A stretch of DNA of 64,000 bases, from contig DASYAU010000048.1 in NCBI GenBank assembly GCA_036501185.1, positions 19,382 to 83,381 of the forward strand, written 5' to 3'. Shown in pieces: positions 7,546 through 17,840 of this stretch. Origin of the DNA: Candidatus Korobacter sp. (GTDB lineage: Bacteria > Acidobacteriota > Terriglobia > Terriglobales > Acidobacteriaceae). Below the pieces are notes generated by a model. That model was not told the DNA's origin and made no database searches. It saw nothing but the letters and a program-made list of their open reading frames with translations. A program made the translations under genes and the position numbers. How positions within the stretch are numbered: position 1 is the first letter of the stretch; each line of letters starts with the position of its first letter.

Positions 7546-9099
7546 ATGTCGGCAACCCCCCAAGCCGAAAATCTCTCAAGACGCTTCAGTTGGACCTTTG
7601 CAAGTGTCTTGTTTGCCTTAGGCATTTGTGTCCTCTGCGGCTGGTTTTTCCGCATACCCGCGCTGAAAGGTGGAGGCTCCGGCAAGTTTGTCGAGCCCGA
7701 ATCAGCGCTGCTGTTCTGCATCTGCGCCATCGCCGCCGTTTCCCAGTCGTTTCGCCGCACCGTCTGGCTCGGACGCATTCTCGGCTTCTGCATCGTTGGT
7801 TTCGCCGTCACAGTGCTGTTCGAGTACATCAGCGGCAGCGCCCTCGGAATCGATCGTTGGGTTCTCGCCTCCCGCCTCAATGGTTGGACCGTCGACAGCC
7901 CGCCTGGACGCATTGCGCTGCCCACGACCGTCGTTCTCCTCAGCGCCGGCATAGCGCTCATTTGGCTGCGCACCAACACGCGCCGCGTCGTAGATGCCTG
8001 CGGATCCCTGCAACTCAGCATCGGTTATCTCGCGCTCATTGGTCATCTCTACGGCGTGAAGCCGTTGTATGGCTACGTCATGGGCTTGCCCACCACGTTG
8101 CTCATCCTCCTCCTCGCGCTGATGTTGTTGAGCGCCAGCCAGGTCAGCGTGATCTGGTCTACGCTCTCCAGCAAGGATGCAGGCGGCGTGATGGTGCGGC
8201 GACTCGCTCCACTTGTCATTGTGCTCCTCCCGGCTCTCGGTTTTCTCCGCCTCGAATTGCAGGCCAAGGGAATGTTGCCGCTTCCGGCCGCCACTGCGCT
8301 TCTCGTCCTCACCTTCGTCCTCATTTTCAGTATTGCCGCCTTCCACACCGGAAGTGAGGTCAACCACGTCGACGCCGAGCGCAAAGTGGCCCAGTTGGCG
8401 CTCATCCGCTCCGAAAAGCTCAGCGCCGCCGGACGCCTAGCGGCCACGCTCGCCCATGAGATCAACAACCCTCTCGGCGCCGCGCTTAACGCTCTCTATC
8501 TCGCGCGCACTTCACCGCAGGAAGCCCAGCACTACGTCGCCATTGCGGAAGAAGAAATCATGCGAGTTTCGGCGCTGGCGCGTCGTTCTTTATCGTTCTA
8601 TCGCACCGGCTCCGCGTCCGCCAAAGTTTCCGTGGAAGCTGCCGTGAATGATGTTGTAGAACTCTTCCGGCCGGTCGCTCACATGAAGAAGATTGTGATC
8701 GTTACCGCTACCGAGCCTGATCTCACCCTCTCGGCAGATCCCGGCGAACTCCGCCAGGTCCTCATGAATCTCGTCGTCAATGCCATCGACGCCACGCCCG
8801 AAGCCGGTTCCGTCCGCGTCGAAGCGCGCTCGCTCAACAACGCCCAATTTGAGATTTCAGTGCGCGACACCGGCCCCGGCATCCCCGACGAACTCCACGA
8901 CCGCATCTTCGAGCCGTTCTTCACCACCAAGCCCGAGACCGGTACGGGACTTGGACTCTATGTCGTAAAAGAACTGGTAGCGAAATATCGCGGCGAGCTC
9001 CGCATGGTTAGCTCAGCGGATGGAACCTGCTTTGTCATGGTGTTCCAGAAGCCCAAGGCGAAACTGGGTATCTCCGCTTCGAGCGCGCTCAGCGCCTGA
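7546..9099 (+). CDS. Sensor histidine kinase with a multi-TM N-terminal domain
   Basis: About 6-7 predicted TM helices. H-box LAATLAHEINNPLGAA, N-box LMNLVVNAIDAT, G1 VRDTGPGIP, G2 GTGLGLYVV. The ORF opens at TTG 7537; the first ATG is at 7546. No response regulator is adjacent. Confidence 0.85.
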   Translation: MSATPQAENLSRRFSWTFASVLFALGICVLCGWFFRIPALKGGGSGKFVEPESALLFCICAIAAVSQSFRRTVWLGRILGFCIVGFAVTVLFEYISGSALGIDRWVLASRLNGWTVDSPPGRIALPTTVVLLSAGIALIWLRTNTRRVVDACGSLQLSIGYLALIGHLYGVKPLYGYVMGLPTTLLILLLALMLLSASQVSVIWSTLSSKDAGGVMVRRLAPLVIVLLPALGFLRLELQAKGMLPLPAATALLVLTFVLIFSIAAFHTGSEVNHVDAERKVAQLALIRSEKLSAAGRLAATLAHEINNPLGAALNALYLARTSPQEAQHYVAIAEEEIMRVSALARRSLSFYRTGSASAKVSVEAAVNDVVELFRPVAHMKKIVIVTATEPDLTLSADPGELRQVLMNLVVNAIDATPEAGSVRVEARSLNNAQFEISVRDTGPGIPDELHDRIFEPFFTTKPETGTGLGLYVVKELVAKYRGELRMVSSADGTCFVMVFQKPKAKLGISASSALSA

Positions 9100-9111
9100 C
9101 GACTTTCTAAA

Positions 9112-10194
9112 TTACTTCTCCACCAGCAACGCCGTCGTCGGGTCCGCGGCCAAATCCGCAGACGCCGTATACGCCCGCCAGCGCACCCACAAAATCCTTA
9201 CCGTCGCCATCGCCGGCACTGATAAATAAATCCCAATGACGCCCGCGATCTCGCCGCCCGCCAGAACGCCGAATATCGTCAGCAGCGGATGCAGCTCCAC
9301 CTTCCCGCCCAGCAGCCGCGGCGAAATGATGTAATCCTGGATCACCCGCCACACAGCGAGGAAGATCACCACCCAAAGGATGTGCTGATAAGTCAGCCCG
9401 AAGCACACGCCGATAATCCCCACGGCCGCTACCGCCGGGCCCACCAATGGAATGAACTCCAGCAGCCCGCCCGCCGCGCCCAACACATACGCATACGGAA
9501 CCTTCATGGTTGCCAGGGCCGCCGTGTACACCAGTCCTGAAACCAGCGCCAGCAGCAGTTGCGCCCTCACGAACTGCGACAGCATCTGGTCCACATCCTG
9601 CAACAGGTGGCTCAAGAAGTCGCGCTTCCGCCCATCGCTCACCATGTTCTGGATCGCCACCCGGAAGTCGCGCTTGTCCTTCAGGAAGAACACACCCAGG
9701 ATCGGGATAATCACGATCCACCCCAGGTTGGTCAGCAGCCCCGCAATCCGCGCTCCGGCCGCGCTTACCGCCGAAACAATCTCCGTCTGGTGCGCTGCCA
9801 GGAAGCTCTGCACCTTCTGCGAAGTATCTTGCGTCCAGCCATGCCGGTTGCCGATGGCAAACGCAATGTTGCCACTCGCCACCTTCTCATACAGCGACGG
9901 CAACGCCTGCCCCAGCCGCTGTCCTTCGGAGAAAATCTTCGGCCCAAACAAGATCGCGGCCACGGTCACAATCACGCCCAGCCCGATATAAACGATCACA
10001 ATCGCCAGCCCGCGCGATTTCCGCACCCACGGCTGAATTTTCCCGACGACTGGCTCCAGCAAATACGCGAACAGCAGCGCAAAGAGAAAGAGGATCAAGG
10101 TCTTGCGCACCGCATACACAAAGGCCAGCACCACGGCGAAAATCAATGCCGTGACAATGACCCGAACTGCGCGCCGATCCAGCAAATCCAACAA
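9112..10194 (-). CDS. AI-2E family transporter (PerM/UPF0118)
   Basis: 360-aa polytopic membrane protein with the typical layout and a C-terminal motif region (LEFIPLVGPAVAAV ... LGGKVELHPLLTIFGVLAGGEIAGVIG). Confidence 0.8.
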   Translation of the reverse strand: MLDLLDRRAVRVIVTALIFAVVLAFVYAVRKTLILFLFALLFAYLLEPVVGKIQPWVRKSRGLAIVIVYIGLGVIVTVAAILFGPKIFSEGQRLGQALPSLYEKVASGNIAFAIGNRHGWTQDTSQKVQSFLAAHQTEIVSAVSAAGARIAGLLTNLGWIVIIPILGVFFLKDKRDFRVAIQNMVSDGRKRDFLSHLLQDVDQMLSQFVRAQLLLALVSGLVYTAALATMKVPYAYVLGAAGGLLEFIPLVGPAVAAVGIIGVCFGLTYQHILWVVIFLAVWRVIQDYIISPRLLGGKVELHPLLTIFGVLAGGEIAGVIGIYLSVPAMATVRILWVRWRAYTASADLAADPTTALLVEK

Positions 10195-10291
10195 GTTCCT
10201 CGTCCTTTAAGATGCGGATTCATGGTAGCGGGCGTCAGCGCCTATGGCCAGTGTCAAGCTGATGGCGAAGCTTCAAGGCCGCAGGCCGCCG

Positions 10292-10328
10292 TGCCGTTCA
10301 AGCCCGGGGCGTAGCCCCGGGAACGGCA
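10292..10328. repeat. GC-rich nested hairpin (REP-like) in the divergent intergenic region
   Basis: TGCCGTT..CCCGGGGC-GTA-GCCCCGGG-AACGGCA. The inner stem is an 8-bp perfect match, extended by a 7-bp outer stem. Confidence 0.5.
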
Positions 10329-10443
10329 TGCGTCATAACCAGCGAGCCCGAAGGGCGGCACGCCGTTCGCACGTTGACCGGGAACATTCGTCGCTTTCAT
10401 TGCCTCCCCCGCCTCCCGCGCCGTAAAATCAACCTTTCACCCC

Positions 10444-10944
10444 ATGAGCCAGGTCACCGTCATCTACCCGGGATCGTTCGACCCCGTCACCAACGGGCAC
10501 CTCGACCTCATTTACCGGGGCGCGAAGATCTTCGACAAGCTCGTCGTCGCCATCCTCCGCAATCCGGAGAAGGATCCGCTCTTTTCTGTGCCAGAGCGCC
10601 GCGAAATGCTGGTGGAAATGACGCGCAGCCTGCCCAACGTCCAGGTTGACGAGTTCCAAGGACTGCTCGTAGATTACGCCCGCTCGTACAGCGCATCGGC
10701 CGTCCTGCGCGGCATCCGCGCCGTCAGCGATTACGAATACGAGCTTCAGATGGCCATGATGAATCGCAAACTAGATTCCGAGCTCGAAACCATTTTCATG
10801 ATGCCGGCCCTGAAGTTTTCGTTCCTCAGCTCGCGCCTCGTGCGCGAAGTAGCCCGGCTCGGCGGTTCCGTCGACGGCCTCGTACCCGACCTCGTCGCCG
10901 AAAAACTTCGTTCCAAGATCAACGGCGTCACCAGATCCAAGTAG
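10444..10944 (+). CDS. coaD: Phosphopantetheine adenylyltransferase
   Basis: VIYPGSFDPVTNGHLDLIYRGAKIFDKLVVAI ... ISSRLVREVARLGG; 166 aa. Confidence 0.95.
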   Translation: MSQVTVIYPGSFDPVTNGHLDLIYRGAKIFDKLVVAILRNPEKDPLFSVPERREMLVEMTRSLPNVQVDEFQGLLVDYARSYSASAVLRGIRAVSDYEYELQMAMMNRKLDSELETIFMMPALKFSFLSSRLVREVARLGGSVDGLVPDLVAEKLRSKINGVTRSK

Positions 10945-10964
10945 CACTCCTAGGAGAAGTTCAC

Positions 10965-12164
10965 ATGAGTTCCGCAACCTCGCAGTTGACCCACACCCCC
11001 GCAGCCCGCATGAACCGCATCGAGATCTCGGCCACCCTGGCCGTTGTCAACGAGGCCGAGAAGCTCCGTTCGGCCGGTGCGGACCTCGTCGACTTCGGCG
11101 CGGGCGAGCCTCATTTCGCCACTCCGCAACATATCAAGGAAGCCGCGATCGCCGCGATCCAGAACAACTTCTCCAAGTACACCGCCGTGGCCGGCACCGC
11201 CGAGCTGCGCGACGCCATCATCAAGCGCCACGCCACCGATTTCGGCAGCAACTACAAGCGCGAGGAATCCATCGCGTCCGTCGGCGGCAAGCACGCTCTC
11301 TTCAACGCTATCCAGGTCCTGGTCGAGCATGGCGACGAAGTCATCATCCCCGTCCCCTACTGGGTCTCGTTCAAGGACATGGTGCAGTACTCGGGCGGCA
11401 AGCCGGTCTTCGTCCAGAGCGACGAGGCGCAGAACTTCCGCCTCACCGCTGAGATGGTTGAGCGCGCCGTTACCCCCAAAACCAAGCTCATCATCCTGAA
11501 TTCGCCCTCCAACCCGTCCGGTGCGGTCATGTCGCCCGAGGACATGAAGTCCATCGCCCGCTTCGCCTACGAGCGCGGCATCTACGTCATCTCCGACGAA
11601 TGCTACGTCTACTTGAACTACACCGGCGAAGAGTTCTCACTCGGTTCGCTCACCGAAGTGAAGGACCGCCTGCTGGTCGTTGGATCGCTTTCGAAAACCT
11701 ACGCCATGACGGGGTGGCGCCTGGGTTTCACGCTCGGCCCCGCGCCCATCGTCAGCCAGATGCAGAAGCTGCAAAGTCAGTCCACGTCGAACCCGACCTC
11801 CATCGTCCAGAAGGCCGCTGTCGGCGCACTGAACGGTCCACAGGAGTGCGTTGCCGAGATGCGCGCCGACTACATCAAGCTGCGCGACGAAATCGTCACC
11901 GGCCTGCGCAAGCTCCCCGGCGTCACCTGCACCATGCCCCAGGGCGCGTTCTACGCCTATCCGAACATCAGCGGCGCCTTCGGCAAGCAGGGCATCAATT
12001 CCGCCGCCGACGTCGCGAAAAAGCTCCTGCACGACGCCCACGTAGTTTGCGTTCCTGGCGAGGCGTTCGGCACCACCCAACACATCCGCCTCTCCTACGC
12101 CGCCTCGCACGAAGCCGTAGCGCGCGGCCTGGAGCGCATGAATAAGTTTTTCTCGAGCTTGTAA
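10965..12164 (+). CDS. Pyridoxal-phosphate-dependent aminotransferase, class I (aspartate aminotransferase-like)
   Basis: GEPHFATPQHIKEAA, NSPSNPSGAVM, and the PLP-lysine motif SLSKTYAMTGWRLG. A GGAGAA Shine-Dalgarno sequence precedes the ATG. Confidence 0.9.
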   Translation: MSSATSQLTHTPAARMNRIEISATLAVVNEAEKLRSAGADLVDFGAGEPHFATPQHIKEAAIAAIQNNFSKYTAVAGTAELRDAIIKRHATDFGSNYKREESIASVGGKHALFNAIQVLVEHGDEVIIPVPYWVSFKDMVQYSGGKPVFVQSDEAQNFRLTAEMVERAVTPKTKLIILNSPSNPSGAVMSPEDMKSIARFAYERGIYVISDECYVYLNYTGEEFSLGSLTEVKDRLLVVGSLSKTYAMTGWRLGFTLGPAPIVSQMQKLQSQSTSNPTSIVQKAAVGALNGPQECVAEMRADYIKLRDEIVTGLRKLPGVTCTMPQGAFYAYPNISGAFGKQGINSAADVAKKLLHDAHVVCVPGEAFGTTQHIRLSYAASHEAVARGLERMNKFFSSL

Positions 12165-12174
12165 GGTGAAGTTT

Positions 12175-12212
12175 TGGCCAGAGATGCGCCCTGTCGGCAA
12201 CATCTCTGGCCA
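12175..12212 (+). terminator. 12-bp stem-loop downstream of the aminotransferase gene (no T tract)
   Basis: TGGCCAGAGATG-N14-CATCTCTGGCCA, read directly. It could be a terminator or a protein-binding palindrome. Confidence 0.35.
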
Positions 12213-12252
12213 GAGCTGCCTCTAAAATGTTTCGGGCACGTTTTGCCTTCTC

Positions 12253-13230
12253 ATGCCAGACCTCATCCCATTCCTGGTAGCTCCCGATTTCGCCGAACGC
12301 ATCTGGGGGACTCGCGACCTGCGCCCCATCTACACCCGCATCGTCGGCGATAACCCCATCGGCGAAGCCTGGCTCACCGGTGAACAGTGCAAGGTCGCCA
12401 GCGGCCCGCTCGGCGGCCACTCTCTAGCCTTTCTCTGCAAGGAGTTCGGCGCTAGCCTCACCGGCTCAAAAGCCAGTCCCCCCGACCGCTTCCCGCTGCT
12501 CGTCAAGTTCCTCTTTCCTCACGAGAAGCTCTCCGTCCAGGTCCACCCCGATGACGCCCGCGCCCAGGCCATCGGCCAGCCCTGCGGCAAAACCGAGTGC
12601 TGGTATGTAGCCAGCGCCGATCCCGGTGCAAAAGTGCTGCTCGGACTCAAACCCGGCGTTTCCAAAGAACAATTCCAGCGCGGCATCGAAGAAAAGCGCG
12701 CTGAGCACCTGCTCAATGAAGTTCCGTTAAAGACCGGCGACATGATCTACGTCGACGCCGGCACTGTGCATGCCATCTGCCCCGGCGCCGTCATCATCGA
12801 AACCCAGCAGAACTCCGATACCACCTATCGCCTGTATGATTACGGACGCCCGCGCGAGCTGCACGTCGCCGACGGCCTGGCGGCAACGAAAGAGAAAACG
12901 CACGCCGGCCTCGTAAAGCCCGAGACGAACGGAAAACGCACGTTGCTCGTCGCCTCGCCATCATTCATCGTCGAACGCTTCGCGCTCAAGGATCCGCTGA
13001 CTCTACGCGGTGAAGAGCACAACGGCTCGGCGCAGATCCTGGTGCTGGTGAAAGGTTCAACCGCAGTGCACTACAAAGGCAGCGAGCCGATCGCCTTCAC
13101 GCAAGGCGAAGCCGTCGTGGTTCCAGCCGCCTGCGCAGAAGTCGAAGTTCATCCGCAGTGGGAATGTGAGCTGTTGCGCATGAATTTGCCCGCGCAACCC
13201 GTGCCGGAGCCGACTACAACTTTGTTATGA
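12253..13230 (+). CDS. manA: Mannose-6-phosphate isomerase, class I
   Basis: ERIWGT ... LLVKFLFPHEKLSVQVHPDD ... KTECWYV ... YVDAGTVHAI is the cupin-type PMI signature. Confidence 0.85.
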   Translation: MPDLIPFLVAPDFAERIWGTRDLRPIYTRIVGDNPIGEAWLTGEQCKVASGPLGGHSLAFLCKEFGASLTGSKASPPDRFPLLVKFLFPHEKLSVQVHPDDARAQAIGQPCGKTECWYVASADPGAKVLLGLKPGVSKEQFQRGIEEKRAEHLLNEVPLKTGDMIYVDAGTVHAICPGAVIIETQQNSDTTYRLYDYGRPRELHVADGLAATKEKTHAGLVKPETNGKRTLLVASPSFIVERFALKDPLTLRGEEHNGSAQILVLVKGSTAVHYKGSEPIAFTQGEAVVVPAACAEVEVHPQWECELLRMNLPAQPVPEPTTTLL

Positions 13231-14348
13231 GCAAGCAATCATCCAAGTCGAACTTTTACCCCGTCATCCTCGCCGGTGGCCGCGGTACGCGTTTTTGGCC
13301 ATTGAGCCGCAAACGCATGGCCAAGCAACTTCTCCCGCTCAACAGCGACAAGAGCATGATCCAGGAAACCGTCGAGCGCCTTTCGCCATTGGCCGACAAA
13401 AAGAATTTCTGGGTCATCACCAACGACGATCTGCTCGCCGAAATCGCCAAACAGTTGCGTGGATTGCCCGCAAAACAGCTCGTTGCCGAACCCGTCGGTC
13501 GCAACACCGCGCCCGCCATCGGACTGGCAGCGTTCATTCTCGAAAGCATTGATCCCAACGCGATCCTCGGACTTTTTCCCTCCGATCACGTCACCGCCAA
13601 TCCCGCCCAGTTCCGTAAAGACATCGCCAAAGCGGTCGACATCGCTTCCGCAGGTGAGAACATCGTCGTCCTGGGCATCAAGCCCACGCGCCCGGAGACT
13701 GGCTACGGCTACATCGAGGTCGGAAACCAGTTCGAGCGCGGCGTGATGCGCGTCCGTCGCTTCACCGAGAAGCCCAATGCCGACAAAGCCGCCGAGTTCC
13801 TCGAAGCGGGGCGCTACTACTGGAACAGCGGCGTCTTCGTCTGGGGCGCGAAAACCTTGGCCAACGCGCTGCGCGAGCACCTTCGCGAGACTGCGCCGTA
13901 TCTCCAGCAGATCGCCGCAAGCTACGGCACTCCGCACTTCGCAAAAACCTTCGCGCGTCTCTATCCAAAGTGCGAAAACATCAGCGTCGATTACGCCGTC
14001 CTCGAGCCGCGTTCTGCCAAAGGCGAGCACAGCTCCAACATCTTCTGCATCCCCGCCGATTGGGGCTGGAACGACCTCGGCTCCTGGGCTGCCCTATTTG
14101 AGCACCGCGCCGCCGAACAAAAGCTCACCGAGTTGGAAAACGTTCTCACCTCGAAAGGCGCGTTCAGCCACGATTCTGGCGGCAATTTCATCCATTCGCC
14201 CAAGAAATTCGTGGCCGTTGTCGGAGTAAAAGATTTAGTCGTCGTCGAAACCGATGACGCCCTGCTCGTCACCTCGCGCAAGAACTCGCAGGACGTGGGC
14301 AAAATCGTGAAGTTTCTCGACGAAAAAAAGCTGAACAAGCTGGTTTAA
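13227..14348 (+). CDS. Mannose-1-phosphate guanylyltransferase (GDP-mannose pyrophosphorylase)
   Basis: VILAGGRGTRFWPLSR nucleotidyltransferase motif; GYGYIE; YYWNSGVFVW. An ATGA start/stop overlap with manA (13227-13230) implies translational coupling. Confidence 0.9.
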   Translation: MSKQSSKSNFYPVILAGGRGTRFWPLSRKRMAKQLLPLNSDKSMIQETVERLSPLADKKNFWVITNDDLLAEIAKQLRGLPAKQLVAEPVGRNTAPAIGLAAFILESIDPNAILGLFPSDHVTANPAQFRKDIAKAVDIASAGENIVVLGIKPTRPETGYGYIEVGNQFERGVMRVRRFTEKPNADKAAEFLEAGRYYWNSGVFVWGAKTLANALREHLRETAPYLQQIAASYGTPHFAKTFARLYPKCENISVDYAVLEPRSAKGEHSSNIFCIPADWGWNDLGSWAALFEHRAAEQKLTELENVLTSKGAFSHDSGGNFIHSPKKFVAVVGVKDLVVVETDDALLVTSRKNSQDVGKIVKFLDEKKLNKLV

Positions 14349-14350
14349 CT

Positions 14351-15766
14351 ATGCCTCAGCAGATCAAATTCGGTACCGACGGTTGGCGCGGCCTCATCGC
14401 CGACGATTACACCTTCGAAAATGTCCGTCGCGTCGCGGCCGCCATGGCCCACTACGTCCATAAGCACGAAGACGCGGCGAAGGGCGTGATGATCGCCTAT
14501 GACACGCGTTTCGGATCGCGTCGTTTTGCCGAAGCCGCCGCCGAAACCATCGCCGCCACCGGCCTGCGCGTCCAACTCGCGAACGACTACACACCCACTC
14601 CCGCGCTTTCCTACGCCATTAAGAAATATGGCGCTGCCGGCGGCGTCATGATCACCAGCAGCCATAATCCAGCCAACTGGAATGGCGTGAAGTACAAGGC
14701 GAAGTACGGCGGATCGGGCACCCCGCAGATCATGAAGCAGATCGAGAGCTATCTCGATGCGGCGCCCATCAACAACTCCGGCGGCAAGGTCGAAGAATTC
14801 GATTTCAAAAAGCCCTATTTCGAAGTGCTGAAGAGTTTTGCCGACCTCGATGCCATCGCCGCCGCCAACTTTCGCTTCTGCATCGACGTGATGTACGGCG
14901 CCGGCCGCGGCGTGTTGAAGCAAATCTTCAGCGAACGCGGCATTTCGCACGTGGAAATCCGCGGTGAGGTGAATCCGCTCTTCCCGGGCATCAATCCCGA
15001 GCCCATCTTGCCGCACATCGCCGCGCTCCAGGAAGCCACGGTCCGCGAAAAAGCCCACGCCGGCCTTGCCACCGACGGCGATGCCGACCGCATTGGCGCC
15101 GTCGACGAAAACGGCAACTTCGTCGATGCCCACAAGTGTTTCGCGGTCATCCTCAAGTGGTTGCTCGAGAAAAAGCAGTGGCCCGGCGCCATCACCCGCG
15201 CCTTCAACACCACCGGCATGCTCGACCGCATGGCGAAAAAGCACGGCCGCGAACTCGTCGAACACGGCATCGGCTTCAAATACGTTTGCGACGTCGTTCT
15301 CTCCGGCAAAGAAGTTCTCATCGGCGGCGAAGAATCCGGCGGAATCGGCATCCCGCGCCATCTTCCCGAGCGCGACGGCATTTTGAACTCTCTCCTCATC
15401 GCCAACGTCATGGCCGACTACAAAATGTCCCTCGGCCAACTCGTCGATTCACTGCAATCGGAGTTCGGCCGGCATTATTACGGCCGCATCGACATGCACC
15501 TGGAAAATTCCGTCAAAGAAGATGCCATGAAGCGCGCCAACCAGCGCCCCGCGAAGATTGGCAAATTCGCCGTGAAGCGGGTCGAAAACATGGACGGCAT
15601 GAAGTTCTTCTTTGAGTCGCAGAACGGCAGCCGCGACGCCGAGCCGTGGGTGCTTGTTCGCGCTTCCGGCACCGAGCCGCTGCTCCGTGTATATAGCGAA
15701 GCGCCTTCGCAAGAGATGGTGCAGGAGATCCTCGGCGAAGCCGAGAAGTTCGTGTACAAGCGCTAG
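14351..15766 (+). CDS. Phosphomannomutase/phosphoglucomutase (alpha-D-phosphohexomutase family)
   Basis: FGTDGWRG; active-site loop TSSHNPANWNG; metal site ATDGDADR; GGEESGG. Confidence 0.92.
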   Translation: MPQQIKFGTDGWRGLIADDYTFENVRRVAAAMAHYVHKHEDAAKGVMIAYDTRFGSRRFAEAAAETIAATGLRVQLANDYTPTPALSYAIKKYGAAGGVMITSSHNPANWNGVKYKAKYGGSGTPQIMKQIESYLDAAPINNSGGKVEEFDFKKPYFEVLKSFADLDAIAAANFRFCIDVMYGAGRGVLKQIFSERGISHVEIRGEVNPLFPGINPEPILPHIAALQEATVREKAHAGLATDGDADRIGAVDENGNFVDAHKCFAVILKWLLEKKQWPGAITRAFNTTGMLDRMAKKHGRELVEHGIGFKYVCDVVLSGKEVLIGGEESGGIGIPRHLPERDGILNSLLIANVMADYKMSLGQLVDSLQSEFGRHYYGRIDMHLENSVKEDAMKRANQRPAKIGKFAVKRVENMDGMKFFFESQNGSRDAEPWVLVRASGTEPLLRVYSEAPSQEMVQEILGEAEKFVYKR

Positions 15767-15836
15767 CATCGCTCGTTTTGCGTGATTTGGCGCGGCTTGC
15801 GGTGCGATAATAGAGGTGCAGAGAACGATGTGGTGA

Positions 15837-17018
15837 ATGCGGACGAGGCATTGGTCCGCGCTTCTGTTTAGAATGATGGCAACCCTCCCCGTCCCCCAAA
15901 CCGACTCGCCCGAGGCGCGGAAGTACAACCGCATCAAGCGCTGGCTTGGCTTCTCCGATCTCATCGTCGGTTTCGCATTTCTGCTCGTTCTCGTGCTCAC
16001 CCATGGCAGCACGCGCCTGCGCGACTTCGCCTACCTCGGCGCGCGCCAGTACTACAGCATCGCGGTTTTCCTATATGTCCTGATGCTGATGATTATCAGC
16101 AAGCTTCTCACTTCGCCGCTGGAGTTCTATAGCTTCCGGCTGGAGCACAAATTCAACCTCTCTAACCAGAAACTCGGCGCTTGGCTCCTCGACGAGTTGA
16201 AGGGATTCGCCCTCGGCCTGGTCCTTCTCGCCATCCTGACCGAGGTTCTCTACGCGACGATTCGCGCCTATCCCGACCACTGGTGGCTCATCATGTGGGC
16301 TATCTTTATGGGCTTCACGCTGCTACTTGCGCAGCTCGCGCCGGTCGTTTTGCTGCCCATTTTCTACCATTTCGAGCCGCTGAAAAACGACACGTTAAGT
16401 GAGCGCCTGACGAAGCTCAGCGAGCGCGCCGGGACCCGCATCCGCGGCGTTTACGAGTGGAAAATTTCAGAAAAATCGAAGAAGGCGAATGCCGCGCTCA
16501 CCGGTCTGGGCAAAACTCGCCGCATCATCGTGGCTGACACCCTGCTCAACAATTACAGCGACGACGAAATCGAAGCCGTCCTCGCGCACGAGCTCGGCCA
16601 CCACGTCCATGCACATATTCCGAAGTCGATCCTGCTGCAAATAGGTATCACCTTCGTCGGATTCTGGGCCGCAGATCGCGTTCTCCGCTACGCAGTCGAG
16701 CAGCGCTCCCTTTTCCAGGGCCTCGCGGATTTCGCCAACCTGCCGCTGCTGGCTCTCATCGCCGCTGTACTCGGACTGCTTCTTACCCCGCTACTCAACG
16801 CCTATTCCCGCCACAACGAGCGTCAGGCCGACGAATACGCGTGGAAGTCGATCCCATCGATCGGCCCCTTTGTGACCGGCATGCACAAGCTGGCCAGCCA
16901 GAACTTGGCGGAGGAACACCCACCTGGCTGGATCGAAACGCTCTTCCACTCGCACCCATCGATCGGGAAGAGAACGGCAGCCGCAGAGGCGTGGAGACTG
17001 AAGCAGCCGCAGAACTGA
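15837..17018 (+). CDS. M48 family zinc metalloprotease (Ste24/HtpX-like)
   Basis: Multi-TM N-terminal half; HELGHH zinc motif (AVLAHELGHHVH); downstream NERQADEYA. Confidence 0.85.
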   Translation: MRTRHWSALLFRMMATLPVPQTDSPEARKYNRIKRWLGFSDLIVGFAFLLVLVLTHGSTRLRDFAYLGARQYYSIAVFLYVLMLMIISKLLTSPLEFYSFRLEHKFNLSNQKLGAWLLDELKGFALGLVLLAILTEVLYATIRAYPDHWWLIMWAIFMGFTLLLAQLAPVVLLPIFYHFEPLKNDTLSERLTKLSERAGTRIRGVYEWKISEKSKKANAALTGLGKTRRIIVADTLLNNYSDDEIEAVLAHELGHHVHAHIPKSILLQIGITFVGFWAADRVLRYAVEQRSLFQGLADFANLPLLALIAAVLGLLLTPLLNAYSRHNERQADEYAWKSIPSIGPFVTGMHKLASQNLAEEHPPGWIETLFHSHPSIGKRTAAAEAWRLKQPQN

Positions 17019-17026
17019 ACTTTCTC

Positions 17027-17812
17027 CTACTTCCTGCTCCTCAAAACCTCTTCTACTCGCTGTAAATCGGCTTCCGTATCCACGCCAATGGTGTCGAATG
17101 GGGTCTCTGCAACGTAGATATCGGTCCCGTTCTCGAGGAATCGCAACTGTTCCAGCCGCTCACTGCGCTCCAGTGACGACTCCGGCCACCTGCAGAACTG
17201 GTCGAGTGCCGCTTTGCGGTACGCGTAGAACCCAAGATGCTTGAAATACGCGATATCCCCACGTGAATCGCGGTCGAATGGGATCGTCGAACGGGAGAAA
17301 TACAGCGCGCGTCCGTTCTTGTCGGTCACCACCTTCACCGCGTTCGGATTTGAAACATCTTCTTCGCCGCATGGCGTTTTCAGCGTGCCTACCTGCACAT
17401 CTTCGCGCTGCATAAGCTCGAGCAGCACAGTGAGATGTTCAGGCCGCGCAAGTGGCTCGTCACCCTGCACGTTCACATAAACGTCTGCTTCCACACTTTG
17501 CGCCACTTCATGGACGCGATCGGTTCCGCTGCGGTGCTGGTCGCTAGTCATGCGCGCGTTCCAGCCATGGGCGCGACATACGTCCAGGATCTCCTGTGAG
17601 TCCGTGGCCACAATTACATCGACGAGCATCGATGCGCCACGGGCGGCGCTGTACACGCGATCCAGCATGGTGCGGCCATCGATCTCGCGCAAAATCTTGC
17701 GTGGTAGTCGGGTCGAGGCAATACGGGCGGGGATGATAGCAATGGCTTTCACCCATCCAGTTTCGACGGGCGGCGGTGGTTCCCGCAAGTAGGATCGTGA
17801 TACCCTCGGCAC
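17027..17812 (-). CDS. kdsB: 3-deoxy-manno-octulosonate cytidylyltransferase (CMP-KDO synthetase)
   Basis: AIIPARIASTRLPRKIL..IDGRTM, VNVQGDEP, YFSRSTIP, HLGFYAYR. The start is ambiguous (GTG 17812 or GTG 17752). Confidence 0.9.
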   Translation of the reverse strand: MPRVSRSYLREPPPPVETGWVKAIAIIPARIASTRLPRKILREIDGRTMLDRVYSAARGASMLVDVIVATDSQEILDVCRAHGWNARMTSDQHRSGTDRVHEVAQSVEADVYVNVQGDEPLARPEHLTVLLELMQREDVQVGTLKTPCGEEDVSNPNAVKVVTDKNGRALYFSRSTIPFDRDSRGDIAYFKHLGFYAYRKAALDQFCRWPESSLERSERLEQLRFLENGTDIYVAETPFDTIGVDTEADLQRVEEVLRSRK

Positions 17813-17840
17813 CGTCTTCTTTGAATCGGTTTAAAGGCCC